DNA from: Actinomycetota bacterium
Lineage (GTDB): Bacteria; Actinomycetota; Acidimicrobiia; Acidimicrobiales; Aldehydirespiratoraceae
NCBI GenBank assembly: GCA_012271125.1
Contig: JAAXHB010000004.1
Span: forward strand, 1 to 34,703
DNA: 34,703 nt
Reading direction: 5' to 3'
Both the position numbers and the translations under genes were made by a program. Positions 9,468 through 18,644 of the stretch are shown here, in pieces; the first letter of the stretch is position 1; each line of letters starts with the position of its first letter. Below the pieces are notes generated by a model. That model was given only the letters and a program-made list of their open reading frames with translations. It did no database searches and was not told where the DNA came from.

Positions 9468-10874
9468 TCAGCTCCCGTTTTCTGTGACGACGTCTACAGC
9501 GACGGTTTTATTTACGACAACATCATCATCTGCTTCATTAACAACAACATCTGCAGCGAAAGCATCGTCGGGGTTGTGACCGGTGACGACATCTGCACCA
9601 GCGGCGACAGCAGCAAAGCGAGCATTGCGCAACGCCCGCAACAACAACAACGACGCCACCAGGATCGCTCCCAACGTCACCAGCGTCACAACACCCAGAT
9701 TCCAACCACGATCTCGTCCCTCATCAAGCGCCACCAAATACAGGAACCATCCCAACGCCAACGGAATCAGCAACTTCCAACCCAAATCCATCAACTGGTC
9801 ATAACGGAAACGAGGCAGCGTCGCCCGCATCCACACAAAACAGAACAAGAACACGAACAGCTTCACAAAGAACCACACAAAACCCCAAGCCCAGGCAATG
9901 CCCCAACCAAACAAGCTGTCGGCCAGCACCGGACCCGCCGGCCCGCCGAAGAACAGCGTCACAATGATTGCCGACATCGTGATTGTGTTCATGAACTCCG
10001 CCAAAAAGAACAAGGCGAAGCGAATCGAGGAGTACTCGGTGTGGAATCCGCCCACGAGTTCCTGTTCGGCTTCGACCAAATCAAACGGCGGACGGTTCAG
10101 CTCAGCAGTGCCGGCGATAGCAAAGATCACGAACGGCACCAGTCCGCTGACCAGCACATTCCAGCGCGGGATGATGTCCAAATACCCTTCGCCGGCTTGT
10201 GCCAGCACCATGTCGTGGGTTGACAAGCTGCCAGTGATCAACACCACCGACGCCACCGCCAACCCCAGCGCCGCCTCATATGAGACCATCTGCGCCGAGG
10301 CTCGCACCGACCCGAGCAGCGGATATTTCGACCCCGATGCCCAGCCCGCCAGCATCACCCCGTAAACCGCTACCGAGCTCATCGCCAAAAACAACAAGAT
10401 GCCCACCGGCGGATCGGCGACCTGCAGATACGTGGTGTGGCCGAACCATGTGACGGTGCCGTCGCCGCTGGCAAAGTTGCCTCCCAGAGGCACCACAGCG
10501 AAGATCAAAAACGCCGGAATCAGCGACAAATACGGCGCAAGTTTGAACACGAACCGATCCGACGACGCCGGCACGAGGTCTTCCTTGAAGAACAACTTGA
10601 TGCCATCAGCGAGGGTTTGCAAAATGCCGAACGGCCCGGCAATGGTAGGGCCGATGCGCTGATGCATGCCGCTGATGAGCTTGCGCTCGAACCAGATCAT
10701 CAACATGACCGCAACCATCAAAAAGGCGAACGCCACCAGCACCTTGACAAGCACGAGCACGACCTGGGTGACGGCGATGTCACCGATCAGCATCGGATCA
10801 GCCTGCGCTAGTAGTGCTGATGGCTTCGACGCCACGAGCGCCGAAGCTGCTGACGACGACAACGACAACATCAC
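9468..10874 (-). CDS. nuoH: NADH-quinone oxidoreductase subunit H
   Basis: Has [20 protein letters not shown] and PRFRYDQLM. An alternative start at Met28 (10793) is possible. It has an acidic C-terminal tail. Confidence 0.92.
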   Translation of the reverse strand: MMLSLSSSAASALVASKPSALLAQADPMLIGDIAVTQVVLVLVKVLVAFAFLMVAVMLMIWFERKLISGMHQRIGPTIAGPFGILQTLADGIKLFFKEDLVPASSDRFVFKLAPYLSLIPAFLIFAVVPLGGNFASGDGTVTWFGHTTYLQVADPPVGILLFLAMSSVAVYGVMLAGWASGSKYPLLGSVRASAQMVSYEAALGLAVASVVLITGSLSTHDMVLAQAGEGYLDIIPRWNVLVSGLVPFVIFAIAGTAELNRPPFDLVEAEQELVGGFHTEYSSIRFALFFLAEFMNTITMSAIIVTLFFGGPAGPVLADSLFGWGIAWAWGFVWFFVKLFVFLFCFVWMRATLPRFRYDQLMDLGWKLLIPLALGWFLYLVALDEGRDRGWNLGVVTLVTLGAILVASLLLLRALRNARFAAVAAGADVVTGHNPDDAFAADVVVNEADDDVVVNKTVAVDVVTENGS

Positions 10875-10876
10875 AG

Positions 10877-13504
10877 CTACACCGACGGGGTAACTGTCAC
10901 AGCGGTGACAGACTCATCTGCGCTTATTAAGGCATTGGCGGGTGCCCCCGGAGCTGCCCAATCCAAAGCAACCGCGTCAATAGGCACACCGGCATCGGCT
11001 CGCAAGACGGCCTTGATACTTGAGCTAGCCGTTGATGACGTCGCGGCAACCTCAACAACGATGTTCACCGGCAGCTGCAACCTGTTCAAGGTGTCTGGAC
11101 TCATCCGCGCAATCGCTTCACGAGCCAAGCTGCGACTTGTTGGACAGTTCCGCAGCATCACACCATCGTCATACATGCGCCGTGTCGCGATCAGCAGCAA
11201 GCTGCTGTTGTTGATGGGCACCGACTTGAGGTCGGTGCCTGTGCCTGGCGATGACTGCGCTTCGCTTGTCACCGCCTCGCTATCCAACCCCGCGGCGCGA
11301 GCAGGCAACACCCCGTTGTTGATGGGCACCGACTTGAGGTCGGTGCCTGTGCCTGGCGATGACTGCGCTTCGCTTGTCACCGCCTCGTTATCCAACCCCG
11401 CGGCGCGAACTAGCAAAGCTCCCTCAGTTGAATCCAGTTCATTGCCGGCTAGTGGCGCGTACAGCGGTGATACTTCTGTCATCTCGGCGCGGACTTCCTC
11501 CAGAGAGGCAAAGCCGCTGCTGGCGATGATTCGTTCCATTAGCTCAGCAGCGATCATCCAATCGGCACGAGCTATACCCGGCGGTGTGACCTTTTGGCTC
11601 AGGGTGCTGAGACGACCTTCCAGGTTGGTGAAACTTCCCTCTGATTCGGTAGGCCCAGATGCTGCTAACACTGTGTGGGCGCCTAGCTGGGCTGAGTCGT
11701 TGATGAACATGTCAACAGAAACCACGTTTGGAATAGTGCGCAAAGCACTTTCGGCAAGACTGCGATCAGCGAAATCATTTAACGGGTCAGCTCCGAGCAG
11801 AATCAGGACGTCCAACTCGCCTGCCGCCCCCGACCCAAGAATCTGTTTGCAGCCGTTGCTAATGGGCATTGGCTTGGCACCGATGCCTGTGCCGGGCACT
11901 AAGCCGGCGTTGAGGGCACCGTGAATGTTGCCGCGACGCAGACCAGACATAAAGCGAACATTCGCCAGCTTTGATAGCTCCAGAGCAGCTTGTTCAACTA
12001 CCTCGGCGGGCTCAGCCAAAGAAGCTCGCCCTACGACAACTGTGACCGGACTAGAACCATCAGAGTTGACACCAGACAGCAAGTTCGCGGCCTCACGCAC
12101 GGCATCGACTAGTTCCGTGTCAAGGTCTTCCAGCTTCGCCTCAGAATCTCCTACCAACTCGACCAATGCCTTAGCAACCGCAGCTACTTCGCCCGGGCGT
12201 GGATGAAGCGACACCGCTGCCAACTCGCTCAAACCGCCGCCACATGGCGTCAACTCAATCAAAGAGACCCCGTCTTGGAGCACTGCGTGACGCAACCGCA
12301 AGTACAACGAACCCAGTTCTTCCTTCGGGTCGGGTGCCATCCAAATGACCGTTCCACCCGGTTCACATAGATCGTTGATGCTTGCCGTTGTCGAAAAGAT
12401 CAGCTCGGCTGCCAAACCGTCGCCGATATGAGCGTCCACATTGTCGGTGCCAACAACAGTTTTGGCCAGCTTTGCCCAGCAGTACTGCGCCTCATTAGAC
12501 AAGCGGGCTCCACCAATCACACCGATCCGCTCCGGTGCTGTCGTCGTCAGCAGCTCAACAACCTGACCCATAGCGGCGTTCCAGGAAACCTCGCTAAACC
12601 CATCAGCTGTTAGTGCTCCAGAACCCGTTGTCGCCGCACTCGATGGCGTCGTAGCTCCACGCTGGATGGGTGTGCGCAGCCGCTGTTGAGAGTTCAGCGC
12701 CTCAAAGCCGAAACGTTCCTTGTCGCTGAGCCAACCCCAGTTCACCGAGTCAGCGTCGACTCCTAAAAGGCGCACCACACGATTGCGGCTTGCCTGCACA
12801 CTTACCCGTGAGCCGACCGAATCCACCCACGCCGTCGAGGGTGTCTCGGTCAAGTCCCAGGGCCGAGCCTTGAACCGATACGGCACCGCAGTGAGCGCAC
12901 CCACCGGGCAAATCTGAACCGTGTTGCCCGAAAAATACGAAGCAAAGGGCTCATCGGCGAAAGTGTTGACCTCAGTGTGATTGCCACGCCCCATGAAGTG
13001 GATCAACTTGTCGCCCGCCACTTCGTCGGCGAAGCGGGTGCAGCGGTCGCACAAGATGCAACGCTCACGGTCGAGATACACGGTTTCGCTGATCGCAATC
13101 GGCTTCTCGAAATGGCGCTTCTCCTCGACCATGCGACTCTCGCCGGGGCCATATGCCATCGTTTGATCCTGCAGCGGGCATTCGCCACCCTTGTCACACA
13201 CCGGACAATCGAGGGGATGGTTGATCAACAAGAACTCAAGCACCCCGTCTTGAGCCTTTTTGACCTTGTCGGAATCGGTCGATACCGCCATGTCCGGGCT
13301 TACGTTGAGCATGCACGACGGCTGCAGTGCCGACCCCCGACCAGTGTCGACCTCAACAATGCACATGCGGCACATGCCGACAGAGCTCATTCGCTTGTGG
13401 TAGCAAAAGCGTGGGATGTAGACGCCGTTGCGTTCGCAGGCGTCGATCAGCAGCTCGCCGTCTTCGGCCTGGACGCCGACCCCGTCAACGGTTATGTCAA
13501 TCAT
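10877..13504 (-). CDS. nuoG: NADH-quinone oxidoreductase subunit G
   Basis: Has N-terminal Fe-S cysteine motifs (CYHKRMSSVGMCRMC, HPLDCPVCDKGGECPLQD, CILCDRCTRF, CPVGAL) and a molybdopterin-oxidoreductase-like body. It overlaps the end of nuoF by 4 nt. Confidence 0.93.
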   Translation of the reverse strand: MIDITVDGVGVQAEDGELLIDACERNGVYIPRFCYHKRMSSVGMCRMCIVEVDTGRGSALQPSCMLNVSPDMAVSTDSDKVKKAQDGVLEFLLINHPLDCPVCDKGGECPLQDQTMAYGPGESRMVEEKRHFEKPIAISETVYLDRERCILCDRCTRFADEVAGDKLIHFMGRGNHTEVNTFADEPFASYFSGNTVQICPVGALTAVPYRFKARPWDLTETPSTAWVDSVGSRVSVQASRNRVVRLLGVDADSVNWGWLSDKERFGFEALNSQQRLRTPIQRGATTPSSAATTGSGALTADGFSEVSWNAAMGQVVELLTTTAPERIGVIGGARLSNEAQYCWAKLAKTVVGTDNVDAHIGDGLAAELIFSTTASINDLCEPGGTVIWMAPDPKEELGSLYLRLRHAVLQDGVSLIELTPCGGGLSELAAVSLHPRPGEVAAVAKALVELVGDSEAKLEDLDTELVDAVREAANLLSGVNSDGSSPVTVVVGRASLAEPAEVVEQAALELSKLANVRFMSGLRRGNIHGALNAGLVPGTGIGAKPMPISNGCKQILGSGAAGELDVLILLGADPLNDFADRSLAESALRTIPNVVSVDMFINDSAQLGAHTVLAASGPTESEGSFTNLEGRLSTLSQKVTPPGIARADWMIAAELMERIIASSGFASLEEVRAEMTEVSPLYAPLAGNELDSTEGALLVRAAGLDNEAVTSEAQSSPGTGTDLKSVPINNGVLPARAAGLDSEAVTSEAQSSPGTGTDLKSVPINNSSLLLIATRRMYDDGVMLRNCPTSRSLAREAIARMSPDTLNRLQLPVNIVVEVAATSSTASSSIKAVLRADAGVPIDAVALDWAAPGAPANALISADESVTAVTVTPSV
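11207..11408. repeat. 108-bp-period tandem duplication inside nuoG (two 94-bp copies, 1 mismatch)
   Basis: The copies at 11207-11300 and 11315-11408 are identical except c/t at 11280 versus 11388. They encode AAGLD(N/S)EAVTSEAQSSPGTGTDLKSVPINN twice. Confidence 0.95.
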
Positions 13505-14991
13505 GTTGCGCCCGCCCCGACTGCGTCTGCCCCAACAGGTGCCATGTCAGATGAAATCGGATCGGCAAGGCTTGTGTCGGCAGGGTTCATATCTGCCGGA
13601 CTCGTCGCGCTAACTGGTATTGAGTGCCGGCGCGTGATTCGTGCCTCATATTCGTGACGGAACCTGCGAATGGTCGACACCACTGGTGCTACCGCGGATG
13701 GGCCGAGCGGACAAATCGTCGTCTGCTGCGGCGGAAACGGCACCGCTTCGAGCTCGCCGTGGGCTGCCACCGGATATGGCCCAGGCGAAATGTTGTCGCC
13801 AATGTCCAACAGCAACTCAATGTCAGAAGGCCGACCCTGACCGTTCAAAATCCGAGCCAAGATTCGCTCGAGCCAAGTCGTGCCCTCACGACACGGGGTG
13901 CACTTGCCGCAAGACTCTCGTGAGAAGAACTGCACCACCCGATGAGCCGCTACCACAGCGTCGGTGGTGTTGTCCATCACCACAATCGCGCCCGAGCCAA
14001 GCATCGAACCAGCCGCTCCCACGGGCTGCGCCTCGAGGGGCAAGTCAAGGTGCTCTTCGAAAAACCAGGGCGCTGAGCCGCCTCCGGGGATAAACATTTT
14101 CAGCTCGTTGCCGTCACGGATTCCTTGGCAGAAATTGTCGCCATATATAAGGTCACGAAAAGTTGTGATTCCATGCTCGGTTTCATACACGCCGGGGCGT
14201 GCCACATGACCCGACACGGCAAACATGCGAGTGCCCGGCGAGGACTCCGAGCCGAACTGCTTGTAGGCAGCTGCTCCGTTGACGAGCAGCCACGGCAGAT
14301 TCGACAAGGTCTCGACATTGTTGACGATGGTTGGCTGCCCGTACAAGCCAATCGCCGCCGGGAAAAACGGCGGCTTGAGCCGAGGCTTACCACGATTTCC
14401 TTCGAGGCTTTCGATCAGCGCCGTCTCTTCGCCGACTATGTAAGCACCAGCGCCGGTCGCCATGGTGATGTCGACAGAAAAATTCGTGTTGCAAATGTTG
14501 CGCCCCACATAGCCGGCTGCGTAGGCGTCGTTAAGCGCCGCAGCGATGCGCTCTTGTGCCAACGCCATCTCGCCACGCACATATAAAAAACACTGCGCCA
14601 AGCCCAGCGCATAACAAGCAATCAAACAGCCTTCGATCAGCTGATGCGGGTCACGCTCCATCAGCAGGCGGTCTTTGTAGGTGCCGGGCTCGCTCTCGTC
14701 ACCGTTGACAACGAGGTAGTACGGGTTTTTGCCCGGCGGCAGGAAGCCCCATTTGACACCGGCGGGAAAGCCGGCACCGCCGCGCCCGAGCAGGGTCGCG
14801 TCACGCACCTCGCTGTGGACGTCTGCTGGAGTGCGCGCTAGGGCTGCCTTTAGGCCGTCGTATCCGCCGGTGTCTTCGTAACGGCTCAAGGTGTGGGAGT
14901 CGTCATGGGTGAAGCGACTGGTGACAACCTTCGGGCCGGCGTTGTCGACATAGCCGGCTGCGTGGGACACGTATTGGTTAGACGACATCAA
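13501..14991 (-). CDS. nuoF: NADH-quinone oxidoreductase subunit F
   Basis: Has the GRGGAGFPAGVKWGF (FMN/NADH) and ESCGKCTPCREG (4Fe-4S) motifs, plus a C-terminal extension of about 45 aa. Confidence 0.94.
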   Translation of the reverse strand: MMSSNQYVSHAAGYVDNAGPKVVTSRFTHDDSHTLSRYEDTGGYDGLKAALARTPADVHSEVRDATLLGRGGAGFPAGVKWGFLPPGKNPYYLVVNGDESEPGTYKDRLLMERDPHQLIEGCLIACYALGLAQCFLYVRGEMALAQERIAAALNDAYAAGYVGRNICNTNFSVDITMATGAGAYIVGEETALIESLEGNRGKPRLKPPFFPAAIGLYGQPTIVNNVETLSNLPWLLVNGAAAYKQFGSESSPGTRMFAVSGHVARPGVYETEHGITTFRDLIYGDNFCQGIRDGNELKMFIPGGGSAPWFFEEHLDLPLEAQPVGAAGSMLGSGAIVVMDNTTDAVVAAHRVVQFFSRESCGKCTPCREGTTWLERILARILNGQGRPSDIELLLDIGDNISPGPYPVAAHGELEAVPFPPQQTTICPLGPSAVAPVVSTIRRFRHEYEARITRRHSIPVSATSPADMNPADTSLADPISSDMAPVGADAVGAGAT

Positions 14992-15005
14992 TTTGCCCAG
15001 CAGCT

Positions 15006-15617
15006 CTACTTGTCGTCAGACGCCGGCGGCATCCATACCGGCATTTTGTTGACAGCTGGATCGGCAGCACCTGCCACCCGCTGCGAATCAACCGACACAT
15101 GCACCTGCGACAAGGTGCCATGCCCCGGAATCTCCGACTTCAAACTGCCAGCGCGCAAGTCATCCAAAAGCTGATCAAAGCCGTCGTTGTCGATCCGGTA
15201 GCGGTAGCGGTAGTTGACCTGCAAGCACGGTGCCTCGGTACAAGCCGCAATGCACTCCACCTCATCAATGGTGAACATGCCATCGTCTGACGTCTCCCCG
15301 GGCGTTACACCAAGGCGTTCACAGGCATGATCTAAAAGCTCACGTCCGCCGTTTAGCAGGCATGAAATGTTCGTGCAAACGTTGACCAAATACTTGCCAA
15401 TTGGTTCAAAGCGAAACATCTCATAGAAGCTCGCCGTGCCCTTGACTTCAGCTGGTGTGGTGCCGGTGAGCTCGGCAATTTCCCGCATCGCGTCGTCGCT
15501 GACATAGCCGTCTTGTTCCTGCGCAAGATGCAGCAGCGAAATCAACGCCGACTTAGGCACCGGAAACCGCGCAATCGTCTCGGCTGCGCGCTGAGCGTTC
15601 GCTGCCGTAAAACTCAT
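15006..15617 (-). CDS. nuoE: NADH-quinone oxidoreductase subunit E
   Basis: Has a thioredoxin-like 2Fe-2S pattern (VCTNISCLLNG ... ECIAACTEAPC) and sits between nuoD and nuoF. Confidence 0.92.
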   Translation of the reverse strand: MSFTAANAQRAAETIARFPVPKSALISLLHLAQEQDGYVSDDAMREIAELTGTTPAEVKGTASFYEMFRFEPIGKYLVNVCTNISCLLNGGRELLDHACERLGVTPGETSDDGMFTIDEVECIAACTEAPCLQVNYRYRYRIDNDGFDQLLDDLRAGSLKSEIPGHGTLSQVHVSVDSQRVAGAADPAVNKMPVWMPPASDDK

Positions 15618-16945
15618 CTATCAACCTCGCCCATGATCGGGTCAACGGATGAAATCACCGCCACCCCGTCGGCGATGAGCCCGCCCGCCATCAAATGCGG
15701 CAGACATTGCAGGTTCACAAAACTCGGTGCCCGCACATGCAGTCGATACGGAGTCGAGGAGCCGTCGCTCACCAGATACACGCCGAGCTCACCCCGCGGC
15801 GACTCCACCGCGGCATACACCTCGCCGGCGGGCACCTTGAACCCCTCGGTGAAAATCTTGAAATGATGGATCAGCGCCTCCATCGAGGTGTCGATGCGAG
15901 CCCGCGGCGGCGGCGTGACCTTCTTGTCCTGCGCCCGATAATCGCCCGACGGCATCAACGCCAAAATCTGGCTCACGATCCGCATCGACTCACGAATCTC
16001 ATTGAGCCGAATCGCATAACGGTCATAGCAATCGCCGTGCGTGCCGACGATGACATCAAACTCCAGCTGGTCATATGCCAGATACGGCTCGTTGCGGCGC
16101 AAGTCCCAGGCATAACCGGCAGCCCGCAGCAGCGGCCCGGTAGCGCCCAGTGCCAGTGCCTCATCCGCGGTCAAAACGCCAACACCTTGCAGCCGGTCAC
16201 GCCAAATTGGTTGCCCAGTCAGCAACGTGTCGTACTCATCGAGGCGAGGATCGATCAGCTCGGTAATGCGCAACACATCGTCACGCCAGCCGCTCGGCAG
16301 ATCAGCCGCTACCCCACCCGGACGGATGTAGTTGTGATTCATGCGCAGCCCGGTGACCTTCTCAAAAAACCGCAGCACCTCCTCACGCTCACGCCAGCCG
16401 TAAATCATCATCGACACCGCGCCGAGGTCCATGCCGTTGGTTGCCATAAACAAAAGATGCGAGCTCATCCGATTGAGCTCACACATGAGCATCCGAATCC
16501 AGGTCGCCCGCTCGGGAATCTCCAGTTCAAGCAACCTTTCGGTCGCCAACGCAAATGCCAACTCGGTAAACAGCGGCGACGCATAATCCATGCGCGTCAC
16601 GTTGGTGCCACCCTGCAAATACGTGAGCTGCTCGCCGGTCTTTTCCATACCCGTGTGCAAGTAACCGATCACCGGCTTGGAACGCATCACGGTCTCACCG
16701 GACAACTCCAACATCAGCCGCAACACGCCATGCGTCGACGGATGCGACGGCCCCATGTTTAACAGCACCCGCTCGTTGTCAGCGGAGAACCCATCTAGTG
16801 ATGTGACTAGATCGGTGACACCTATCTCCGCGGCTTCGGCTTCCGACATTCGCAAAACCGCAGAGGATTCCCGCCCTCGCACACGTTCACTGCTGTTATT
16901 AACGACAACATCTGCAGCAGGCGTCATAGTCGGGCTAGCGCTCAT
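15614..16945 (-). CDS. nuoD: NADH-quinone oxidoreductase subunit D
   Basis: Has NMGPSHPSTHGVLRL near the N-terminus, RAPSFVNLQ, and a C-terminal DPIMGEVDR. Confidence 0.94.
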   Translation of the reverse strand: MSASPTMTPAADVVVNNSSERVRGRESSAVLRMSEAEAAEIGVTDLVTSLDGFSADNERVLLNMGPSHPSTHGVLRLMLELSGETVMRSKPVIGYLHTGMEKTGEQLTYLQGGTNVTRMDYASPLFTELAFALATERLLELEIPERATWIRMLMCELNRMSSHLLFMATNGMDLGAVSMMIYGWREREEVLRFFEKVTGLRMNHNYIRPGGVAADLPSGWRDDVLRITELIDPRLDEYDTLLTGQPIWRDRLQGVGVLTADEALALGATGPLLRAAGYAWDLRRNEPYLAYDQLEFDVIVGTHGDCYDRYAIRLNEIRESMRIVSQILALMPSGDYRAQDKKVTPPPRARIDTSMEALIHHFKIFTEGFKVPAGEVYAAVESPRGELGVYLVSDGSSTPYRLHVRAPSFVNLQCLPHLMAGGLIADGVAVISSVDPIMGEVDR

Positions 16946-17405
16946 TGGACGCTGCCTTGAACTGAACTGGAATAGCGCCGACGTCGTAATCCTTGCGAAG
17001 CGGATGCCCGTTCCAGTCTTCGGGCATAAGGATGCGGGTCATGTCGGGATGTCCGACAAAGTCGATGCCGAACATGTCAAAGACTTCACGTTCAAGGGTC
17101 TCCACCCCTGGCCATACATCAAACAAGGTCGCTACTTGTGGAGAGTCACCATTGACTTGGGTTCGCATGCGGATGCGTTCACCGCTGTCGTGGTTCAGCA
17201 GCGTTGCCGCCACTTCAAAACGCTGCGGCTCGATGCCGTCAGGCAGGTCACGATCAGCGTTGTAGCTGAGGTAGTCAACCGCGGTTAGGTCACTTAGCTG
17301 TACAAAGCCATCATCGCGGGCAGCTTGTGCCACCGTGACCCAGGAGTCGTTAGCAACATGGAGCACGCTTTGTGAGCCAACAACTGCGCCATAGCGGGTC
17401 TCCAT
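16935..17405 (-). CDS. nuoC: NADH-quinone oxidoreductase subunit C
   Basis: A 156-aa protein with EREVFDMFGIDFVGHPDMTRILMPEDW, the 30-kDa subunit signature. Confidence 0.9.
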   Translation of the reverse strand: METRYGAVVGSQSVLHVANDSWVTVAQAARDDGFVQLSDLTAVDYLSYNADRDLPDGIEPQRFEVAATLLNHDSGERIRMRTQVNGDSPQVATLFDVWPGVETLEREVFDMFGIDFVGHPDMTRILMPEDWNGHPLRKDYDVGAIPVQFKAASNER

Positions 17406-17983
17406 TAGCGGACTCGCTTTTTAGCCGGCGGCTGGATCATTCGTGTAGCGGTCTGTCCGTCAAGTTGCTCCACAATCGTCGGAGCATGATTGTCACCGCC
17501 ACGGCGTTGCAGCAGTTCGCCGCTTTGTATCTGATTGTGCAGCGTGAAGATGGCATGCATCAGCGTCTCAGGCCCCGGCGGACAGCCCGGCGCATACACG
17601 TCCACGGGCACCACCTGATCAACGCCTTGGACGATGGCGTAGTTGTTGAACATTCCGCCGCTTGAAGCGCACACGCCCATCGAAATGACCCACTTGGGTT
17701 CCATCATCTGGTCATAAATCTGACGCAGCACCGGTGCCATCTTTTGCGACACCCGTCCGGCAACGATCATCAAATCCGCCTGTCTTGGCGACGCTCGAAA
17801 CACCTCCATGCCGTAGCGGGCTAGGTCATAGTGAGCAGCACCGGTTGCCATCATCTCAATGGCACAACACGCCAATCCAAACGTCGCCGGCCAACAGCTC
17901 CGCGCCCGTGCCCATTTAACAAGGTCCTCTAGCCGGGAAGTAATGAAGTTCTCCCGCAGTGCTTCTAACCCTTGAGGTTCCAT
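17405..17983 (-). CDS. nuoB: NADH-quinone oxidoreductase subunit B (preferred start is the ATG at 17983; ORF is open to 18040)
   Basis: Has [25 protein letters not shown] and PGCPP. The ATG at 17983 shares one base with the nuoA TGA (TGATG) and follows a GGAG 5 nt upstream. That start gives an N-terminal length typical of NuoB. Confidence 0.9.
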   Translation of the reverse strand: MEPQGLEALRENFITSRLEDLVKWARARSCWPATFGLACCAIEMMATGAAHYDLARYGMEVFRASPRQADLMIVAGRVSQKMAPVLRQIYDQMMEPKWVISMGVCASSGGMFNNYAIVQGVDQVVPVDVYAPGCPPGPETLMHAIFTLHNQIQSGELLQRRGGDNHAPTIVEQLDGQTATRMIQPPAKKRVR

Positions 17984-18585
17984 CAATTCTCCGGCTTTCC
18001 GAACAGCAAACGTGTCGTTGCTGTCTTCATACGTTGCCAATCAAACTTCTTCGGACGCTCCCCTATGAGCGCTTCACGCGCAGCTTCTTGTTGTCGTCGT
18101 TCCTCGGATAGCACCTTCAGGACTTCCCGTGTCGGGCGTCCTTCCATACCGACTCGGCGAACCGTTGACGCCGCCGTGCGCCCTGTCGTTCCTAATGAAT
18201 CAACAGGCTGGGCCGTGGCTGTTGACTTCGGCCCCCACTCAAGCGCCCCCGCTCCGATCAAATACACAAACGACTCAAACACCGCAAAGGTGAACACGAG
18301 CAACGCCACCAGCCCGAACAATCCCAGCCCGCCACGAGCCACCGCGAAGGGATACAACACGATGATCTCAATATCGAACACGATGAAGATCATCGCCACC
18401 AAAAAGAACCGCACCGGAAAGCGTTCCGGCGTTTCAACGCTTGGGACTATGCCGCACTCATAGGCAGCGAGTTTGGCAACCGTCGGACGCCTTGGTGCCA
18501 GCAGCCCGGACGCCACAAAGCTCCCCGCGGCGAACAACGCCGCCAGCGCAAACAGGGCAAAAAGTGGGAGATATTGGCCGAGCAT
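17983..18585 (-). CDS. nuoA: NADH-quinone oxidoreductase subunit A with a C-terminal extension of about 80 aa
   Basis: Has YECGI and [10 protein letters not shown] with 3 TM helices. The usual end (GALEW) is followed by about 80 further residues in the same frame. Confidence 0.88.
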   Translation of the reverse strand: MLGQYLPLFALFALAALFAAGSFVASGLLAPRRPTVAKLAAYECGIVPSVETPERFPVRFFLVAMIFIVFDIEIIVLYPFAVARGGLGLFGLVALLVFTFAVFESFVYLIGAGALEWGPKSTATAQPVDSLGTTGRTAASTVRRVGMEGRPTREVLKVLSEERRQQEAAREALIGERPKKFDWQRMKTATTRLLFGKPEN

Positions 18586-18644
18586 GACGTTTAAGGATGC
18601 CGTCTAAATCGTGGGAATCGTCTAGCCGGTTGCGTTATCGCTGG

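Noticed and set aside
7539-16762. Long plus-strand ORFs antisense to nuo genes (7539-8294, 8705-9457, 9405-10223, 10905-11924, 12977-13657, 15695-16762)
   Set aside because: All are shadow ORFs opposite strongly supported nuoL/K/J/I/H/G/F/D genes. They have low-complexity Arg/Pro/Ser/Thr-rich translations and no recognisable motifs.
17984-18040. A longer NuoB N-terminus starting at 18040
   Set aside because: It would overlap nuoA by 58 nt. The internal ATG at 17983 has a GGAG and a one-base stop/start overlap, and it gives the usual NuoB length. The longer start is kept only as an alternative.
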